DNA from: an uncultured Candidatus Poseidoniales archaeon
GTDB lineage: Archaea; Thermoplasmatota; Poseidoniia; Poseidoniales; Thalassarchaeaceae
Assembly: GCA_905182515.1 (NCBI GenBank)
Contig: CAJJBW010000006.1
Coordinates: 79,553-143,552, forward strand
Length of the DNA: 64,000 bases
Direction: 5' to 3'
In this document: positions 49,503 through 58,725 of the stretch, piece after piece
How the letters are laid out: every line of letters begins with the position of its first letter
Position numbering within the stretch: position 1 is the stretch's first letter
Position numbers and translations under genes: made by a program
Notes under the pieces: model-generated
What the model saw: the letters and a program-made list of their open reading frames with translations, nothing else
Told to the model about the DNA's origin: nothing
Database searches by the model: none

Positions 49503-49724
49503 TTATTCAGATGCACTATCCAGCAATTCTTGCATTTCTTCCAACGCTTCTTCATCTGGCTCCATGAATTGATTTGGATTTATGGCTTCACCAGTATATT
49601 CCTCGTCAAAATGCCCAGTATTTACCAACATATTTCGTTGTCTGAGTTTGAGTAAAATCAAAATCATAAAGCCTGCAGAAATTAAAAATATGAGATTAAT
49701 TAGAGTATCACTAGTTCCGGCCAT
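49503..49724 (-). CDS. Small single-TM protein with acidic tail
   Basis: N-terminal TM and acidic C-terminus; directly downstream of tiaS. Confidence 0.6.
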   Translation of the reverse strand: MAGTSDTLINLIFLISAGFMILILLKLRQRNMLVNTGHFDEEYTGEAINPNQFMEPDEEALEEMQELLDSASE

Positions 49725-49741
49725 AAATTCCCCTAAAGTTT

Positions 49742-51007
49742 CTATGATATTAAATTATTCAATAAAGGGATTTCAAATTCAAGCGGTTTGGACAAATGGC
49801 GACGATTAGAGGGACTTGGTTCAGCCCAATTATTCACCATTTTAATATGATTAGTTACTACATCTTTGGCGACCCAATATTTGATAGATTTATTATTGCA
49901 TTTACTACACCTTAAACTCTGCTGGTTTCCTGCACTTTTCATAGAAGTGTAGCAACATAATGGCCTGTGTAGAATTCTGGGCACGGAATCATAGAGAGAT
50001 AACTTTTCAAGATGTATGGAATTGTCAATAGGTGAAAATAAACCGGTCCATGAAATCATATCTCCCGGGACTAAAGAACGTAATAATTTATTCACTGGCC
50101 CACCTTCATTGAAAGCAATTAAAGTTATATTCCTACCATTTGAAAATACAGAAAGAGAAGAATGGGCACCTTTGGAAATAGATATTTTAGAAACTACAGT
50201 CCCATTTAATGGTGACACGTGATCATCAGAAAGTTGATTAGTTCTGTGAATTTTATAATCAGAACATTGTTCAAAATCTAAATTTGATTGGAGCCAAATG
50301 TGGGCTTTTTTCAAGGTTGCATATGAGCTCCCTCTAATTCCATAAAGAACCGGGCAAGGAGTTCTAGGCGATATTAAACCCCTATTTTTTGTCGGATCTC
50401 TGTTTAGAAATGTATCTAAAAATCTAGAGTCTAAATCAGTAACTTTCTTTAAATCTAATATTCTCTTTTGACCAATCATTGTTGGTTTTCTCCACGCGAT
50501 TAATTCCCAGGTAGAGTTTTTATTTGGGATCCACGCGATTGCTGCACTTGCACCAATTATGCCCCAATTGTTTTTGCCTGTATAAATTTTACAATTATAT
50601 TTTTCAATTTCTATCAATCGGGTATTGATATCTACGTGCCCTGTAACAGTTTCCCAATAAAAATCTTCACTTAATACCGATTTAGATATTATTAAGGCGG
50701 GAGAGGCTGGAATTTCTGATGGAGGATGCTTGGAAATTTCCAGTAATAGATTTTTGAACCAATCTTCAGATAAATCAAAAAAAATTTTTTCATCTTCTTT
50801 ATGAATTTCCAAGATTGCTGAGAGGGCAGCATTGCCTCTCGTTCTTCTACTTGCAAAGGGCCATAATCGGACTAATCTTCTCTCTGATATTGTAATAGAA
50901 ATATTATTTATTATATGATTGATAAAATTATTCATTTTATCAGTGGTGCAGCCTTCTTCAAGGTGATCGGTATCATCAATGCCGACAAAAAACCTAATGT
51001 TATCCAT
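49742..51007 (-). CDS. tiaS: tRNA(Ile2) 2-agmatinylcytidine synthetase
   Basis: VGIDDTD...GCTT, RLVRLWP....TRGNAA, GIIGA.AA, WELIAWR, P.TPCPVLYGIRG, TNQ.SDDH, OB fold, RRHLSKPL. Confidence 0.9.
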   Translation of the reverse strand: MDNIRFFVGIDDTDHLEEGCTTDKMNNFINHIINNISITISERRLVRLWPFASRRTRGNAALSAILEIHKEDEKIFFDLSEDWFKNLLLEISKHPPSEIPASPALIISKSVLSEDFYWETVTGHVDINTRLIEIEKYNCKIYTGKNNWGIIGASAAIAWIPNKNSTWELIAWRKPTMIGQKRILDLKKVTDLDSRFLDTFLNRDPTKNRGLISPRTPCPVLYGIRGSSYATLKKAHIWLQSNLDFEQCSDYKIHRTNQLSDDHVSPLNGTVVSKISISKGAHSSLSVFSNGRNITLIAFNEGGPVNKLLRSLVPGDMISWTGLFSPIDNSIHLEKLSLYDSVPRILHRPLCCYTSMKSAGNQQSLRCSKCNNKSIKYWVAKDVVTNHIKMVNNWAEPSPSNRRHLSKPLEFEIPLLNNLIS

Positions 51008-51656
51008 TATTAACACCCAATATTGAAGATATTACTTCAGAGATGCCTAAATATGGATCACATTTATAAAATTTTACACCATAACATTGAGAAGCCAATA
51101 AATCAACATTCCTATCTCCTACCATTATTGAATTTGTTTCCTCAGGCCTATTCTTCCATTCGTGATCATACAAAATATTAATTTTTTTATCATTTCCAAT
51201 GTGAGCATGATCGAGTATTTGTCTGCCTGCTTCTAACATGCCAGGATTAGGTTTTCTCGCCCATGCACCTTGCCATGGGGCATATGGGCTGTAAAGTATC
51301 AAATCAAGAATAGCATCACTATCCTCTTCAAGTAACAATTTTCTAATATGATTATGAATCTTGCATAAATTTTCATGACTCCAAAGCCCTCTTCCAATTG
51401 GAGATTGGTTAGTAACTATACAAATACGGAATCCGGCTCTACGTAAATCTCCGATGCATGATCCTGCATTTGGTAAAATTTTAATTTCATCTTGATTGTT
51501 GACATAATTGTTTGATCCTAAATTAATTACACCATCCCGGTCAAGAAAGGCTATTTTGCCATCCCATGATATTTCGTTAGGCAAATTTGATAATTCTAAT
51601 TTTGTTGTTAGTTCTGCATTATCCCTAAAAGGAGCTAACATTAAATCACAACCCAT
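51000..51656 (-). CDS. gmhB: HAD-IIIA phosphatase, heptose-1,7-bisphosphate phosphatase-like
   Basis: FLDRDGVIN, VTNQS.IGRG, RKP.PGM, MVGDR..D; coupled to gmhA. Confidence 0.8.
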   Translation of the reverse strand: MGCDLMLAPFRDNAELTTKLELSNLPNEISWDGKIAFLDRDGVINLGSNNYVNNQDEIKILPNAGSCIGDLRRAGFRICIVTNQSPIGRGLWSHENLCKIHNHIRKLLLEEDSDAILDLILYSPYAPWQGAWARKPNPGMLEAGRQILDHAHIGNDKKINILYDHEWKNRPEETNSIMVGDRNVDLLASQCYGVKFYKCDPYLGISEVISSILGVNNG

Positions 51657-52221
51657 TATTAGATTTTATACTTTCTTTTATTATATGATTGATGATTAAC
51701 TGCATATCTTCAATTCTTTCCATTGACGTTGAAGGTATAACTATTGCCAAATCTGCTATTTTTGCTAGTTCCCCTCCTTTCATTCCATTAAAATTTCCAG
51801 TTATAGCAATCGTCCTACAGCCCATTTCTTTACCAAAATTTATTCCATTTATTACATTTTTTGAATTACCTGAACCGCTATATGCAATAATCACATCATC
51901 TGGCTCTAGGAAAGTAGAAAGTTGGCCAACAAATATATTATCAAAACTGGTATCATTAGCCCATGCAGTTAATGAAGAGATATTATCCATATGAGAAATA
52001 GCCTTTACAGATAACTCCTTAGACCAATCGCCAGCACTGTGAGAGGGAGTACCGGCACTACCTCCATTACCAATTAAATGAATAGTTTGCCCTTTAATTC
52101 TGGCATCTTCAATAACAAGCCAAAGTTCCTTTAATGCATCAATAGGAATTTCCTCGAGAGTGGTAGTTAAGCTTGAAATATATGATTTAGAAAAATGTTC
52201 GAAATCAAATGGCATAGGCAT
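51646..52221 (-). CDS. gmhA: Phosphoheptose isomerase (SIS domain)
   Basis: GNGGSA..SH...D, LTAWAND..F..IF..QL, SGSGNSKNV, IED.QL...H. Start at MPMPFDF. Confidence 0.85.
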   Translation of the reverse strand: MPMPFDFEHFSKSYISSLTTTLEEIPIDALKELWLVIEDARIKGQTIHLIGNGGSAGTPSHSAGDWSKELSVKAISHMDNISSLTAWANDTSFDNIFVGQLSTFLEPDDVIIAYSGSGNSKNVINGINFGKEMGCRTIAITGNFNGMKGGELAKIADLAIVIPSTSMERIEDMQLIINHIIKESIKSNNGL

Positions 52222-52277
52222 CTCCGAGTTAACGGAAGAGGGCATCCTATTTACGGATTGATGGCTTGAAAGGCAAT

Positions 52278-53255
52278 ATGGAGGAACCAGTGGGACTTGT
52301 GATATATTCCATATCATCTTCTTTTGGTATTCCAGATGTAACAATGCAATTATTAATTGGAGCATTTGGAGTATCACTTTTAGCATTTGGCTTTCATAGC
52401 AAAAATAATAACAATATTACCAAATTATCATCCATAGGTTGGATAATGGTAGGCTTATTCTTTTATTTATATTCAAAGCATTATGTTGAAATTTCTGATC
52501 CTGTTTTAATATTTATGACAGCCGCCGCATTACCTTCTGGAATTATTATTGCTTTCTGGGAAATTAAATCGGAAGGAGATATTCCAGAATCATTGCTCTG
52601 GCTAAAAGGATGCGTAGTTTGGTCTATGATTCCATATTATTTGATCTATAGTATACCAGTATTGAATATGGGAATTGTAAATTCTACAGCATTAAGTGCA
52701 GAAATTATACTAGATTTTGTAGGGCTTGGAGATTACCAAGCAGCACCTATGAGAATTGACACATATATTGGAGGAGATGTCCTTGTTTCCGATTGGGAAG
52801 GTAATAAGTGGATTCTATCCGAACCATTAGGCGAAGCAGGATTTTTTGTCCCTATGGAAAATGGAGATGGTACTCCTGTTAGTATTATTTTCATATTAGC
52901 ATGTTCTGCTTTGCAATCCATGATAGTATTTGTAGGCGCAATAGTGGCATTAGAATCTGTTTCATGGAAAAGAAGGATACGTGCATTGTTTATTGCAATA
53001 CCTACTATTTACATTCTTAATGTATTCAGAAATGTAGGAATAATTTGGCTTACTGAAACATATTCAAATTGGTCTTTTTTGGGGCTTGACATGTTCAATT
53101 TTACCCACAGTTATGCTGCTAAATTTATTAGCTTATTTGCAATGTTCTTAATGGCGATAGTATTATTTGATTTACTACCAGAATTACACAAAAATATTAT
53201 AAAAATAATAAATCCGATATTAAAAATTCTCAACATTAATGATAACAAATCATGA
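52278..53255 (+). CDS. artA: Archaeosortase A-type membrane transpeptidase
   Basis: Multi-TM protein with ILACSALQSM.VFVG (catalytic Cys), ILNVFRN (Arg) and F...H....K. Confidence 0.82.
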   Translation: MEEPVGLVIYSISSSFGIPDVTMQLLIGAFGVSLLAFGFHSKNNNNITKLSSIGWIMVGLFFYLYSKHYVEISDPVLIFMTAAALPSGIIIAFWEIKSEGDIPESLLWLKGCVVWSMIPYYLIYSIPVLNMGIVNSTALSAEIILDFVGLGDYQAAPMRIDTYIGGDVLVSDWEGNKWILSEPLGEAGFFVPMENGDGTPVSIIFILACSALQSMIVFVGAIVALESVSWKRRIRALFIAIPTIYILNVFRNVGIIWLTETYSNWSFLGLDMFNFTHSYAAKFISLFAMFLMAIVLFDLLPELHKNIIKIINPILKILNINDNKS

Positions 53256-56200
53256 ACGAGATCTTATTCTCTCGAATAGTTTACCCTTCAGAGGCATGTC
53301 ATGCTCCCAAGCAAATTCTTTCATAACCCTAATAGCTTCCTTTTCCAAATTTGAATCTCCTACGAAATCAGTGATTTCTATGTTTCCATCACGCGTATTG
53401 GCCTTGAATGCAGCAATTGCTTCTTCATTATGAAACACGATATATGCAGAACCAAAGCCGAATCTCTCTCTTAGTAAACTGCCAAAATAATGATTTAATG
53501 GATCGGAAGGAGGGATGACCATATCTCGGGTTCGTATAATTCCGCCTAGTGCTTCCAACATATCTTGCCTCCCCCAACAAATATCTTGTAAATCATCTAC
53601 TAAAAATCCTTTAATTAGAGTGCCATCATCTTCAAATTCCCTCATAACATCACTAATTTCTTCAGCTGAAAACGGAGAACCAGCCAATCTTTCCACTTGC
53701 TTAAGAGTGATTACTGGATATTCGCTAACCAACTCCCTCAGATAATCTCTCTTAATCTCCCATAAATCTGATTTATCATTTGAAATTACAGTTTTGAACC
53801 CCCCTCTATAATCTTGAATTAAGAATCCACTACGTACCAAGGGAGATATTAATTTTCTAAATTCAGCACGTTTCATAGCATTTCTTTCCATAAAGATATC
53901 TGGATCGTGATGCTCGGTAAAGAATTGTAAAATATCCATATCTTCATCTTCTGGAGATACATTACGTATTGCTAATAAACGGCGGAAATGAGGCAATCTA
54001 GCCCACACTAGATGCCCGCGCAGATTTGTTCCTTGATGCAGTTGATGAGCGGCTGCCATTGATTTTAGGTCAACACGGAACATTTCACACCTCCCTCGTA
54101 ATGAAAAATCATCCCTCAATTCATTGATGTGCTCTAATGCCATAGTTTCATTTTCCCACCTTGTTTTTTGATGGAGAGAGTGATGGTGGAAAAGTAGTCT
54201 ATTAACCTCCTTTCTATTCCTAGGCTCTACAACTCCTCCTTTGATATATCTTTCACCATCTCCCATTGAAGTAAAACCTAAATCAGCCAATAAGTCTTGT
54301 ATATTTTTATCACAATCATGAACTGGTATTCCATTAAATGCATGAATTACGGAAACATCCACTAATCTATCGCGATAATTCTTAAGTAGATCTGAAAAGG
54401 TTTCTTTGAATTCATCAAGATAAGAGTGAGGTATATTTATATCTTTTATTTCCAAATAATCGTTAACTACAAACATTAAAATTCTGCCAATAGGGTCTAC
54501 TCCCTTTAAAACTGGATGGTACCATCCTTGTTTAAGCATCATTCTTATTTCTTGTATAAATCTACTACAAAATGGATCAGATTGAGATAATATCCTCATA
54601 GTCCTATCTTCCGTAAGGGGAGATAGTAGAATTTCCGCATCTTCCAGAGAAGAATAATAATCCGTAGGATCCGGCTGCAGGGCGACTACTCTGATAATTT
54701 TTTTCTGATTTTCAAGATCGCGTAATGTTTCTGCTAATTCCTCCACAGGTTGGCTAACAAAAAATCTCAATGTGTGCAACCTAACAGGGCCTATTTGCCT
54801 AATTAGTTGATCTAATGCATCTTCAAATGGCAATGGTTTCACCACACTATGTATTTTTCTGAATATTGCAAGTGATCTTTTTCTATTAGGTATAGCAATA
54901 TATTGTTTTGCAACTAATAACTGCCTTTCCAAATTACCCAAAGCTCCTTTTATTGTTCTTTGGATGTGAAAACTATCTTTCCCTTTAGGGTAATCTGCAA
55001 ACAAATCTACTCTACTAATCCCATGTTCAGGAATCTTATCAAGAAGTTCCTGTTCTAATTGGCCTATCCAAGGCTCTCCCCTTAATCCGAGGAACATTGG
55101 AAGTTGGTCTTCCATTGTATACCCTACTCTATTATGAAGCAATCTGCCATTGTAGACATCAGAATCATGTTTAATGTCTTTCCAATCTCTAAAGCGATAA
55201 TTGTTCACTCTATGTAATAGTTCATCCCTTCTTTGTACCATTGTAAGAGAACGTATAGCATCTTTGGGCTCAGAATATAATTTGAAAGATTTTTGTAATA
55301 ATAATGTTTGCAATGTACGGTAGTCAACAACATCGACTTGGCCTCCAGTGATCCTATATTCATCAACTCTAAGTATAAATTCCCCATCATTTGTTTGAGT
55401 GAAGAACCCTATTGATACAAGATTTCTAATTTCTAATTCTTGTAGTATTGATTCTACCTGAGCAAAAGGGAATGGTAATCTTGCACTTAACTCTTCAGCT
55501 GTTTTAGGTCCTTCTGAACCTAACATATCAAGTAATTTTAACCTTAAACAGTCCATAGGGTCTGAAAGATAGGATTTTTTCCATTTCAAGGGTTGACCAT
55601 TTGAAAATTCATCAGCGAGTTCATAACTTAATCCCCCTGTATATAGTGACCTGATATCCTCCATCTCTGCAGCACCAGCGACTGCCAGGCATCCTAACGT
55701 ACCATGGACTTCTGCCATCCTCATAGAAAACCATTTATTGTCAATTTTTCCATGTCCTGTTGACTTTATTTTTGTTATTAGGCCACGTTCGGCTAACTCA
55801 TGGACCCACCCCCTAATAGTTTCAGTCTTAATGCCCTTTAGTTTACTTCCATATAATGGGTTTGTGAGAGTTTTTTCTAACCCTCCTCCCATGTCCATCA
55901 GGCGCAACAGACTCGCTGGATCAGAGGGAGTAGCAACTTTTGACTGATAATAATCGTCTAATTTTGACTTATCTAAATCAGTAGCTAAAGATCGGGCCCC
56001 TAAAAGACGGCGTAAAATTTCAGGATCTACATCTTTAATCAAATACGCCCTAGTTCGGAGAGACAGTAAGTCTTCGAATGATGACATAAAAAGAGTCATT
56101 CCCAAAGGAGACGGCATTTTGACTCTACGATGGACTATCCTAACATCCTCGCTATCCATCCTCGATATAAATTTCCTTAATTGCTTCATATCTAAATCAG

Positions 56201-58544
56201 AATTTAATATTTCATTCATAGCCTCTCGGACTAAAACAGAGTCTTCCATTTGACGATGTTTATGCAAAATTTGATCGGCTTTTTGGAGAAATTGCTTGGG
56301 ACTTACTTCATCTGCACCGATACGCCGTGGATTTAACATGCTTCTAGATGATATTTCCCTGAATCTCTTTGCGAATAATTGAGAATCCATGAGATATCTT
56401 TGAAGAATCTCATCACTATTATCACTCTTGAAGATAGAAGGTATGATTGAAATTTCTACTTCATGACTTAATTTAATCATAAAACCATTTTCATCAAATG
56501 ATAATTCGTGTATAGTGATGTCGTCTTTGGCAGCTATCCCGGCAAATAGATACCCCAACGCTAGATTAAATGCTCTTCCACGGCAAGTTGTAATTACATA
56601 AGTTGGCAACGGTGCTTCCACTTGTTCTACCAATATCCTGTCACTAGAAGGAACTTGGAAGGTAGTTGCACAATGCTCATCAAAAAATTGAGATACAGCA
56701 TTAGCAACAGGCCTATTTAACCCTAAAGCTTCTTTGAAAAACACTTTATTATCTAGGCCTAGTCGAGATTGAACTGTAAGAATATTTAGTAATTCTAGCA
56801 CTTCTTGACTTAATTCATGAGTTCTACTGGCAGTTTCTCCAGTCCAGGAGGGAATTGTTGGGCGGTAACCAGTTGCAGAAGTCACATTTACTCTTGATCC
56901 TCTGATGCTAGAAACTCTGTATGTTGAACCCCCTAATAAGAATACGTCGCCGCCCCTAAGGCTTGATACGAATGAAGAAGAAAGTTGCCCCACTAAAGTT
57001 CCATCTCCAGTAAGTACCATGTAGTTATTATCAGGAGCAATTGTTCCGATATTAGTATAGTAAATCATTTGAGCATATCCCCTTTTTCCAAATCGATTTT
57101 CTTCCCAATCAACCCAAATACGTCTTTCTTCTTCCAATAGATCTAAGACTTCAATATAATCATCATAAGGAAGATTCCGATATGGCCATGAGGTTGTGAC
57201 TAGGTCGTAACCTTCATCAATGTCCCACTCCCTAATTATGGTTAGGCCAATCATAAACTGCGCCAAAACATCAAGAGAGTTTTCTGGGAATTTAAGCAAG
57301 TCCATGTTACCCCTAAGAATTCCAGTTTGTAAAGCAACTAATTCTAGTAAATCATGCGGAGATGTGGGTAAAAATCTAGCCCTAGGAAGACCTCCAACTT
57401 GATGGCCAGCACGTCCAATCCTTTGCAAAGCAGTGGCTATCGAACCAGGAGATCCTACTTGAATTACGAAATCTACTGATCCTATATCAATTCCCATTTC
57501 TAAACTTGATGAGGAGACTACGCATCGGAGTAAACCATGTTTTAATTTCTGTTCAACATCAAGCCTGATATTTTTATCCATTGATCCATGGTGCCCTTCA
57601 ACTCCTTGAAGTCCAGCAACTTTGAGTTTCTGAACTACAGTTTCAGTCATATTCCTGGTATTGACAAAAACTAATGTAGTGGTGTGTGCTTCAACAAGTT
57701 GTTTTATAACTTCTACATTACGATCCAGAATTTCTTTAACTGGGATTGAAGAAAACCTAGGAGTAGGTAGTAATATATCTAAATCTAAGTCCCTTGATCT
57801 AGAAATTTTAACAATTGAAACTTTCTGAGGTTTAGAACTATTTTCCCTTGAATCACTGGCAACTAGGAATTCCGCAACAGCTTCTAACGGCTCCATAGTT
57901 GCACTAATCCCTATCCTTTGAACGTCGGAGTCCACCACAGAATCCATAAGTGCTAAACTTAATGAAAGATGCGTTCCTCTTTTGGAAGGAACTAACGAAT
58001 GCATCTCATCGATTATCATCCATTTCATCCCATTAAGGATTGGACGGAATCTCTTAGATGCTAGAGCGAGAGCGAGAGATTCTGGTGTAGTTATTAAAAT
58101 GTGAGGAGGATGTTTTAACATTCTTTCTCTTTCTTTCTGAGGCGTATCTCCTGTCCTTAATCCCACTTTGATATCCTTTGCCCTGCCTGAAAGGAATCGT
58201 TCTTTAATTTCTGTCAACGGTTCAATTAAATTTTTTTGAATATCATTCGCTAAAGCTTTTATTGGAGAAATATATACACATTGGACTGTGTTGGTCAGGG
58301 AACCATCTAAAGATTTACGTACCAAGTCATCAATAACTGACAAGAAAGCAGTCAAAGTTTTTCCAGAACCTGTAGGAGAACATAGCAGTAAATGATCGCC
58401 ATTGAGTATTTTTGGAATTGCTGTTTTTTGTGGTTCTGTGAAGTCGGGAAATTTATCAACAAACCAATTTCGGACAGGAGGGCATAGTCGATCAAGAAGT
58501 TCTTGAGTCTCCATTTTATCCTCTATGTATTCAATTACTGGCAT
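53250..58544 (-). CDS. lhr: Large Lhr-family SF2 helicase with long C-terminal extension
   Basis: SPTGSGKT, ISPIKALANDI, ITTPES, DEMH, GISAT, HHGS, SSLEMGID, QRIGRAGH, IPSW.GE; about 900 additional C-terminal residues. Confidence 0.93.
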   Translation of the reverse strand: MPVIEYIEDKMETQELLDRLCPPVRNWFVDKFPDFTEPQKTAIPKILNGDHLLLCSPTGSGKTLTAFLSVIDDLVRKSLDGSLTNTVQCVYISPIKALANDIQKNLIEPLTEIKERFLSGRAKDIKVGLRTGDTPQKERERMLKHPPHILITTPESLALALASKRFRPILNGMKWMIIDEMHSLVPSKRGTHLSLSLALMDSVVDSDVQRIGISATMEPLEAVAEFLVASDSRENSSKPQKVSIVKISRSRDLDLDILLPTPRFSSIPVKEILDRNVEVIKQLVEAHTTTLVFVNTRNMTETVVQKLKVAGLQGVEGHHGSMDKNIRLDVEQKLKHGLLRCVVSSSSLEMGIDIGSVDFVIQVGSPGSIATALQRIGRAGHQVGGLPRARFLPTSPHDLLELVALQTGILRGNMDLLKFPENSLDVLAQFMIGLTIIREWDIDEGYDLVTTSWPYRNLPYDDYIEVLDLLEEERRIWVDWEENRFGKRGYAQMIYYTNIGTIAPDNNYMVLTGDGTLVGQLSSSFVSSLRGGDVFLLGGSTYRVSSIRGSRVNVTSATGYRPTIPSWTGETASRTHELSQEVLELLNILTVQSRLGLDNKVFFKEALGLNRPVANAVSQFFDEHCATTFQVPSSDRILVEQVEAPLPTYVITTCRGRAFNLALGYLFAGIAAKDDITIHELSFDENGFMIKLSHEVEISIIPSIFKSDNSDEILQRYLMDSQLFAKRFREISSRSMLNPRRIGADEVSPKQFLQKADQILHKHRQMEDSVLVREAMNEILNSDLDMKQLRKFISRMDSEDVRIVHRRVKMPSPLGMTLFMSSFEDLLSLRTRAYLIKDVDPEILRRLLGARSLATDLDKSKLDDYYQSKVATPSDPASLLRLMDMGGGLEKTLTNPLYGSKLKGIKTETIRGWVHELAERGLITKIKSTGHGKIDNKWFSMRMAEVHGTLGCLAVAGAAEMEDIRSLYTGGLSYELADEFSNGQPLKWKKSYLSDPMDCLRLKLLDMLGSEGPKTAEELSARLPFPFAQVESILQELEIRNLVSIGFFTQTNDGEFILRVDEYRITGGQVDVVDYRTLQTLLLQKSFKLYSEPKDAIRSLTMVQRRDELLHRVNNYRFRDWKDIKHDSDVYNGRLLHNRVGYTMEDQLPMFLGLRGEPWIGQLEQELLDKIPEHGISRVDLFADYPKGKDSFHIQRTIKGALGNLERQLLVAKQYIAIPNRKRSLAIFRKIHSVVKPLPFEDALDQLIRQIGPVRLHTLRFFVSQPVEELAETLRDLENQKKIIRVVALQPDPTDYYSSLEDAEILLSPLTEDRTMRILSQSDPFCSRFIQEIRMMLKQGWYHPVLKGVDPIGRILMFVVNDYLEIKDINIPHSYLDEFKETFSDLLKNYRDRLVDVSVIHAFNGIPVHDCDKNIQDLLADLGFTSMGDGERYIKGGVVEPRNRKEVNRLLFHHHSLHQKTRWENETMALEHINELRDDFSLRGRCEMFRVDLKSMAAAHQLHQGTNLRGHLVWARLPHFRRLLAIRNVSPEDEDMDILQFFTEHHDPDIFMERNAMKRAEFRKLISPLVRSGFLIQDYRGGFKTVISNDKSDLWEIKRDYLRELVSEYPVITLKQVERLAGSPFSAEEISDVMREFEDDGTLIKGFLVDDLQDICWGRQDMLEALGGIIRTRDMVIPPSDPLNHYFGSLLRERFGFGSAYIVFHNEEAIAAFKANTRDGNIEITDFVGDSNLEKEAIRVMKEFAWEHDMPLKGKLFERIRSRS

Positions 58545-58725
58545 TTTTAAAATCCCCTTACGCCCCTTAGGGCATCGAGACCGTACATTAATGCTTCTCT
58601 TATTATATCACAAATCATTACTGAGTAACCAAGTAAAAATATTCGTTCAATTAATCTAAATGGCCTAAATTATGAAAATTTTACGATGGTTTCAAAGACT
58701 TTAGGCAGAGACAGTGGTTTGAAAC

